From the NCBI GenBank assembly GCA_032718475.1, contig JAUCBJ010005124.1, forward strand, positions 1-51,364: a DNA stretch of 51,364 nt. Direction: 5' to 3'. Each line of letters opens with the position of its first letter. Position 1 is the stretch's first letter. Under the pieces are notes generated by a model. That model was not told the origin of the DNA and searched no databases. It worked only from the letters and a program-made list of their open reading frames with translations. This DNA is from Nemertoderma westbladi. Its lineage: Eukaryota > Animalia > Xenacoelomorpha. Both the position numbers and the translations under genes were made by a program. Below are positions 44,690 through 51,364 of the stretch, one piece after another.

Positions 44690-47145
44690 ACGTTCGTGGG
44701 GCCTTCGCGCAGCACGAGGTACAGTTATGAGATACAAATTAAAATTAAGCGACTGTATCACAAAATCAGGTTTTGAGAAATTTACCCACACCACCAATCA
44801 ATCAAAGAAAGGGGGACAGTACGTGTTCACCCCTTTTAATCCCCCCCCCCCCCCCCCACCCTTCTCAACCACCAATACATAACCGTGACATCTACCACCC
44901 ACGGAAGGGTAGAACGAACTTATTTCCAATCGCACGTTAAATATGCAAAGCCAGGTGGTGTATATGAATATAATCAACGCCGTACTCGACTTAATTATTA
45001 TAAGCGTCGTTCAATCGTTGCGCTCGTCCAGAGTAAGTCCCCCCCCCCCCCCCCCCCCCCCTATCAGAAAGATTTACTCAACAAAAAATAGTGTAAATAA
45101 ATAAACAACTACAAGGATAAGAGGTCATGTGTAGGAAAGCTAATCAGACGATACCTTTACTAATATATTGAGCTGCATTGATCCATACATAGTAATGTTG
45201 GGTGATGGGGGGGGGGGGGTGAGGGGTAGGGGGTGTCTGGGTGGGTTGTTAGTATTAGGGTGCACAATATCGACGCACGCGCAGGAATGTGTTGATGTTT
45301 AATAGCACCGCATTCCCGCGTTAGAAAGCATCCCCAATTGGAATAAATAAATAAATTAAACGCGTTTCGTTATGTTCCTCGACTTATATTATTCTCTCCA
45401 CGGACGAGTTATTAGCTGCTAGACAGGTAGACCTAGTCCCCCACAACAACGGTCATACCTTCAATCAATCAATCAATTGAGCTCATATGAGCTCGTATAT
45501 TAGTTTTATTTATAAATTGAAATCTCACGAATTAATAGGCCTATTAGCTGATTAGTGAACTATCATATGTTAGACCATATATATATATTATATATTGGAC
45601 CTTATCAAAATAGCGGTTGTACTGGGGCGGTATATGTTGTTCTCTAACCCACTGCAAGCGCATTTGAGGGGCCGGTATGTTTTAATAACTTCTGGTACAA
45701 CGGGATGCAGTATTACAGCGCCAAGTAGATTTAATCTGATCAGAATATTCCGGACGCTAAGTTCATGTCATTCCCGATAAGTCGGGACTTTACAAAACTC
45801 GTGGATAAAACCGCGTGTAGCAGAGAGCAGATAAATTGGGTTGAATTGCAAAACAGAATAATATGGAACTGTAAGTGGAACTGCGGCGATTTGGGTTTTT
45901 TTGTTATGGTGAATAGTCAGCCTGTCCGCGATATGTTCAGCTGCCCTTTTTAATGGGTTGCAGGTACAAATGAAATACACATTGCAGTTACTAAAATAAA
46001 AGTGGCGCATATTATTGTACATTTACAACAACAATTATATAAATGCAATATGCCTGATCCCTATTAATGTACTTTGTACCGCCAATTCTGTAATTCAATA
46101 ACGCAAAGCCGCGTTTACTGTACAGCAGCACGTAATATATTTGATACTTATTATACTAACTAAACTAACAAACCGCAAGGCCTACTTACCGAAATAAATT
46201 AACTTTCAGTTAAATACAATATACTTGTTTGCTCTGTAAAAATTTTAATTAAAAACAATCCTGCCATTTAATATACCTAATTAGCATGGTTGCGTAAGCA
46301 GTATGAATTGGAATGAAATTGTGAAATAATTTATTTAAACTATTATGTACATTTAGATTAAATAATAATACAGTAAGTTGGCCTACAGAAATAAACATTG
46401 ATATTCGGAACAGTAAAACAATTATTTATTTCATTCATTCAACTAACCAGAGAGACTCATAGCTCCAGTGAATATTAACATCCCGACGTTACTTTAGTAA
46501 TAATATTAATGTCATTGAACCCGATACACACACACCTCCAATCAGCCAGTTCAATGGAGAGTGAGTGAATGGATGGCTACTAGCAGCAGCAGCAGTCTGC
46601 CTCTTACAAGCAAGGCTGACTGAATACCTCAAGTGTTGCTGGGAATCAAGCCAACTTGGATGTTAACCAATAAATGAGCAGTATTTAATGAGAATACATT
46701 TTTTATGCCGGTTTAATTACTTTAGATCAATTAAAGACACGATTATTAAAGCAAATCACTTGAACTAATTAAAAACTATAATAGAATGGAGTATGCGGAT
46801 TACATCTGTATATTTTTTAAGTATAATTATTGAAGTCTTATACTGTAAAACAATTAATTTCCTTTAAAAGGCAGGTTGAAAATGGTGTTTTTACCGTAAT
46901 CAACTTAATTAACTAATTAACTGCTATTATCTTAGCTTCTCGAAGGCCACACGGAAATTCTACTTGGAAAATTTCTAAACTTTTGCCATACAACATGTGT
47001 ACCAAGTTTGGATAGATTTCATCAAAGATTGGCCGAGTTATTAACGTTTAAAATTGAACACGACAGAACGACAGAACGACAGAACGACAGGTTGATTAAT
47101 GGTACCACTACGCTAAGGCTCACTCACTTCGTGGCTCGCCCCACA
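44688..47145 (+). mobile_element. DINE/HINE-like element, copy 2, inserted at the recombinase catalytic Tyr codon
   Basis: Same termini as 12008-14153, with (GACAGAAC)n before the 3' end. Removing it restores the recombinase reading frame. Confidence 0.7.
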
Positions 47146-47497
47146 TATTCGACACAACTAAGAGCTTTGATGGTCATGAATCTATTAAATTGCTGGCACA
47201 AGGCAACCAACCAGAGCTCATTTCTGAGATCTTTGATGGCTACCAGAATTTCCACCATATTATGGATGTGGTAACTCTTTTACTTGTGGAAGAGGAAGCT
47301 GTATATACCAAAGTAGGAACTTCTGGAACTACAAGTCCAAAGACTGCATCTTCTTCCAAATGACAGTGGACCAGTCCATTGAAAGGAAAGGATGCAGTAA
47401 TTCAGCTTAAAGAGGCCAAAGAGCAACTTCTGGCCATATACTCTCCAACACACAGTGTAAAGATTACCCTAAATGATCCCTTCTGCACTCTGGTTTA
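47145..47497 (+). pseudogene. Continuation of the recombinase ORF (linker region)
   Basis: IFDTTKSFDGHESIKLLAQG...SSSK*QWTSPL...KITLNDPFCTLV: about 117 codons with a single TGA, in frame with RNY. Confidence 0.7.
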
Positions 47498-47841
47498 CAG
47501 TCCCAATCCCAATAAACATTAACTTGGTCGTTTTGGCGGCCAAAATGACCAAAATCACCAAAAAAATGTAGTGTATTCCTATGGGCTACTTGGCCGTTTT
47601 GGCGAAGCGATTCAACTCGAATCAGCTCAATCCAGACAGTCTGTCTCCTTGGCCATCCATTTGGTGGATCTGACTAAATGTCGGCTCGCTTTCATTTTTA
47701 TTATTGACAGATTGTTAACTTACCCGGCGCTGAGCCTTGCAGTACTGGAGTCCGCCCACTGAGGCATTGATAGAGTACACAGTCTTATAAAAGGAGTTGA
47801 ATGGGGCTTCGTTAAAGGAGGAGTATGTATAATAATCTGAA

Positions 47842-48080
47842 CGTCCCGAAATTAATTTATGGACGTCCCGAAATTAATTTATGGACGTCCCGAAATTAAC
47901 TTATGGACGTCCTGAAATTAACTTATGGACGTCCCGAAATTAATTTATAGACGTCCCGAAATTAACTTATGGACGTCCCGAAATTAATTTATGGACGTCC
48001 CGAAATTAATCTATCAACTAATCAGAATCGTAATGAAATAACTAATTAATGGACGTCCATAAATTAATTTCGGGATGTTA
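47842..48080. repeat. 22-bp minisatellite (GGACGTCCCGAAATTAATTTAT)n with one inverted unit
   Basis: About 7.5 direct copies to 48012; inverted copy at about 48050-48076. Confidence 0.93.
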
Positions 48081-48164
48081 ATTTCGGAAATTAATTTCAA
48101 TAATACTTTTTTTTATAATAAAAATTTTTTTAAATATTTTTTTACAATGTATAATTAGCGGACA

Positions 48165-48575
48165 CTGCGGGGTGACTACAAAACAAAGACCCAATTATAA
48201 AGACCTGCATAATCTTGTTACATGTGTTAACTTTCGTTAATTGTTTTGAATCCCCCGCCACGCCTCTGTAACTTGCTCCTTTACTAACCTGCTCCTTTAA
48301 ATAGCAATGGTACATAACGCTCATTATGACCTGTATAAAACAAAGAGGTTAAGTCGCGTTACGTCCCAAAGAGCGTTAGGTTCCGAAGAGCTTTAGGTCC
48401 CATTGCCAGAGAGCGTGAGATCACATTGCCATTTAAAGGAGCAGGTTAGTAAAGAAGCAGGTTACAGAGGCGTGTTGGGGAACCAAAACAATAAACGAGA
48501 GTTAACACATGTGTTTTGTATTTGTACAGGTCTTTATTATTTGGGTCGTTGGTCTTTGTTTTGTAGTCACCCGAC
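48165..48575. mobile_element. MITE with ~145-bp imperfect inverted arms
   Basis: GGGTGACTACAAAACAAAGACC...CCTTTAAAT is inverted at ATTTAAAGG...GGTCTTTGTTTTGTAGTCACCC. TSD not resolved. Confidence 0.75.
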
Positions 48576-48688
48576 ACGGCGGTGTTGCGTGGGGGCCACC
48601 AATGCACCCACCCACACTCAACTCCCAACTTCCTGGACACTAGGATACTGAGTGAAAGCGTCTGAAACTACTACAGGAACTCCATGAC

Positions 48689-49805
48689 GGGTAACAGACG
48701 TTTCGGTCTAAGACGTTTTGGCCTAGGACGTTTCGGCCCAATAACTGGAACATCCAATTTGCTTGTCGGACGTTTTGGCCCAACCCAAAGAGTCAATCAA
48801 TCCCATAAATAAATCAAATTGAGTTTTGCATTCTTGCAGTAATTAATTATTACACTTTGAATATGTACAGTAGGTCATTCACACTCAACTCACACATTCA
48901 TTATTTTAATTAATTAAACTGTTTGATCCCTAATCGCTATTATACTGCGCAATATAGTATCTGTTGGAGAAATGGGCTTGTATGTTATTAATGTTGTTGT
49001 TAATAGGTCATACAGTCACAACTTGTAGAATCGCTATCACTTTTTTTAGTTAATGGATTATTTTAATTAACCTCCAATAGAAAGATACTGGATTGTTGCA
49101 ATTTTAAATCAATTATTTTATATTTTATTTTGAATTATTTTATTTAACTTCAATTTTTATGCTCTTCAACTATTTTAAATATGTCATCATCATCACCTCT
49201 CCTTACTAAGAGGAAACCAGCCAAACTTAATTTCGCATTCTCTGAATTGCTGAGTTCACACAAGCCAAGCAAGCAAGCAAGTTACTGGCACAGTTATCGG
49301 TGGCAACTGATCCACCTATTAGGAAGTTTGTTAAGATCGAAGCTTTACATAAGCGTTTGTGAACGATCACTCAGCAAAGGGCAACCGGCGCTCGTTCCAT
49401 ACCAAACTTCATGGAAGCCATTGATTGGGTTTAATCTGGCAGATAAAAATTATATTCCTGAATAAATAGAATTACCTCTCATTGGTTATACTGTATACGG
49501 TTATTTTTATAATTGTGAATAATATTGATTGTGTTTGAATTTCTATTAATTATGAAATAAACGTATGTTATTGTGTTATACAGTAGCTTAATGTGAAAAT
49601 GATAATTATAATTTTAATGAATAATTATTGTGATTAAAGTACCTGGTCTTTTCATTCATTGTCAACCATTAGCCGAAACTTCCACACTGAAAAGTCCAGG
49701 GCGAATCGTCCGGGCCGAAACGTCCGGGCCGAATCGTCCGGGCCGAATCGTCCGGGCCGAAACGTCCTGGGCCGAAACGTCCTAGGCCGAAACGTCTGTA
49801 TACCC
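48689..49805. mobile_element. Non-autonomous DNA transposon with an 8-bp TSD and 15-bp subterminal repeats
   Basis: TCCATGAC|GGGTAACAGACG...CGTCTGTATACCC|TCCATGAC, with GGCCGAAACGTCC arrays inverted at the two ends. Confidence 0.88.
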
Positions 49806-50869
49806 TCCATGACAGACTATGGGCTAGCGACTAGGGACTAGCGCCCTTGAACATGTAAACTGTAGTACCTACTGTACCACCTACCTTAAAGTGACCTTTG
49901 GGACCAGCCCATTATTAGTGAGGTCGGCATTTCTCTTTATCCTGCCGCTCTTTGTATTACAATAGCATACAGCTAACCAATGGCAATGGTCTACCCCCAG
50001 TGCGGGAAAGACAATCTGGCTACCATTGAAATGGATAGGGGAAGGATAATATGGTGTGTTCGTGTTCCCAACCTAATGTCTGTCGTCTTGGCTCAGCTAA
50101 GCTTAAACAGAGCCACAGCCTACAATAGAGCTTTACCTAAATACACTTCCAGTGAGCCAAGCAGTAGTGGCGGGTTAGCTCCAAAATGCCCATGTAGGAT
50201 TTCTTTGAAAAAGGACCAATTGATTGAGTTACGAGTTACAGCGAAAAAGTATTCATGATTAGATTTTGCTTTGAACAGGAGAAACAGATGGAATATATAG
50301 GTCATCTAATTAATTGTTTAAAGATTAGCAAACAATACAGTGTAATTGAATTGATGAAATCCATAAATAAAATGTGGATACAAAATGTAAAATCGGGATG
50401 CATAATATAAATTTCTGAGCTAAGAAAGGGAAATTGGATACTGTACAACTTGTCTGGATACAAGCGGTCCGTTTACCTTACAAAATGAAAAATAAACGTG
50501 CGAAATATAAAACAGTAGTGTCTTACTCGAACGGAACGGAACTGTCCGGGGGGGGGGGAATGTAGGGAAATCGAAGCCTTTTTCTATCTGCCAACATCCT
50601 TGGCTTTACTTACACTCAGCCTCTATTCACTGGCTGTGATTGACAAGCCAACTTGCCTCAGAAGTTCCTTTCATGAATGCCGCAATTTATATTTGGCCAT
50701 TTTGGTCGTTTTGGCCGCCAAAATGACCAAGTTAATGTTTATTGGGATTGGGACTGTAGAGTGCAGTCGCTCTCTCAAAGAAATCTAAGAACATACTGGG
50801 GGCATCGGCAGACCATCGAAAGGCAACACTATATACAAAGTGTATAAAAGATGTCAGCACTCATTAGGA

Positions 50870-51283
50870 CACCTCAAAGTCGAGACACATCCCTCTGAAG
50901 TTTTTGGTCAGTGTCTTATAACTACCAAATCCTTCATATGTGGTGATGTGATATGCGACTACAATGGGGAACTAATCCTGACAACCAAGTCTGTATAATT
51001 TACAGAGAAACAAAAAAAAAATGAGGAATTAGACAATTGCTACAATTTCTTCTTCCAACACAGATCACAATATTATTATATTAACCCCCAAGATGTATCT
51101 TCCTTTGGCAAGTTCATTATGCATTCCAAGGATGGCAATGTACGGCCAAAGCAAGAAATACATCTTGGAAAGGCTTGTATTATATTTTATGCGATCAAGA
51201 ACATAAAGGTTGGAGAAATTCTGGCATATGATTATAATGATAGGAGATCTTGCTCCGCAGTTGCAGATTTCTGCAATGCTTGA
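50870..51283 (+). pseudogene. SET-domain lysine methyltransferase (SETD8/PR-Set7-like), one in-frame stop; not in the ORF track
   Basis: My translation: FGQCLITTKSFICGDVICDYNGELI...(TAA 50996)...CYNFFF...FGKFIMHSKDGNV...IIFYAIKNIKVGEILAYDYND. This covers SET motifs I-IV (RxxNHS and ELxYDY equivalents). Confidence 0.85.
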
Positions 51284-51364
51284 TTTGCAACTATGTAACG
51301 TTACAGCTGTTGTTCCTGGGCTCCACGTCAGTTGGCCCCCTGGCTGATGAGTCTCTACTCAGGC

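Larger units (their letters stand above)
47498..50756. mobile_element. Tc1/mariner(pogo)-type non-autonomous element with ~58-bp TIRs, TA TSD and nested MITEs
   Basis: TA|CAGTCCCAATCCCAATAAACATTAACTTGGTC...GACCAAGTTAATGTTTATTGGGATTGGGACTG|TA. Confidence 0.9.

Overview
AT-rich eukaryotic DNA, most likely from an invertebrate animal. It consists almost entirely of nested transposable elements, tandem repeats and an endogenous Polinton/Maverick remnant. I found no convincing host housekeeping gene, operon or CRISPR array. From left to right: (1) a long-TIR foldback element carrying a BEL/Pao gag fragment (1-2810), inserted in the 3' LTR of a 5'-truncated Gypsy pol (2960-6148). (2) A MULE-like MITE inside a minisatellite, then a decayed LINE RT and a DINE/HINE-like element with a CTCF-motif-rich 315-bp array. 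(3) A piggyBac relic (18935-24791) containing a near-intact Gypsy-type LTR retrotransposon with unusual TA..TA LTR ends, an unusual PBS and a -1 frameshift signal. (4) A piggyBac MITE, a Cys-rich ORF and a BEL gag-protease pseudogene. (5) An intact 858-aa DnaQ-like exonuclease plus zinc-knuckle ORF just upstream of a PPT and a 1.8-kb LTR. (6) A Polinton block (RING protein, packaging ATPase, GG-motif protein, truncated integrase). (7) A C2H2 / tyrosine-recombinase / SET-domain gene that can be reassembled across two later insertions (42895-51283). The YR-SET gene and the exonuclease-carrying LTR element are the best candidates for under-described systems. Family assignments come from motif recognition by eye; no database search was run.
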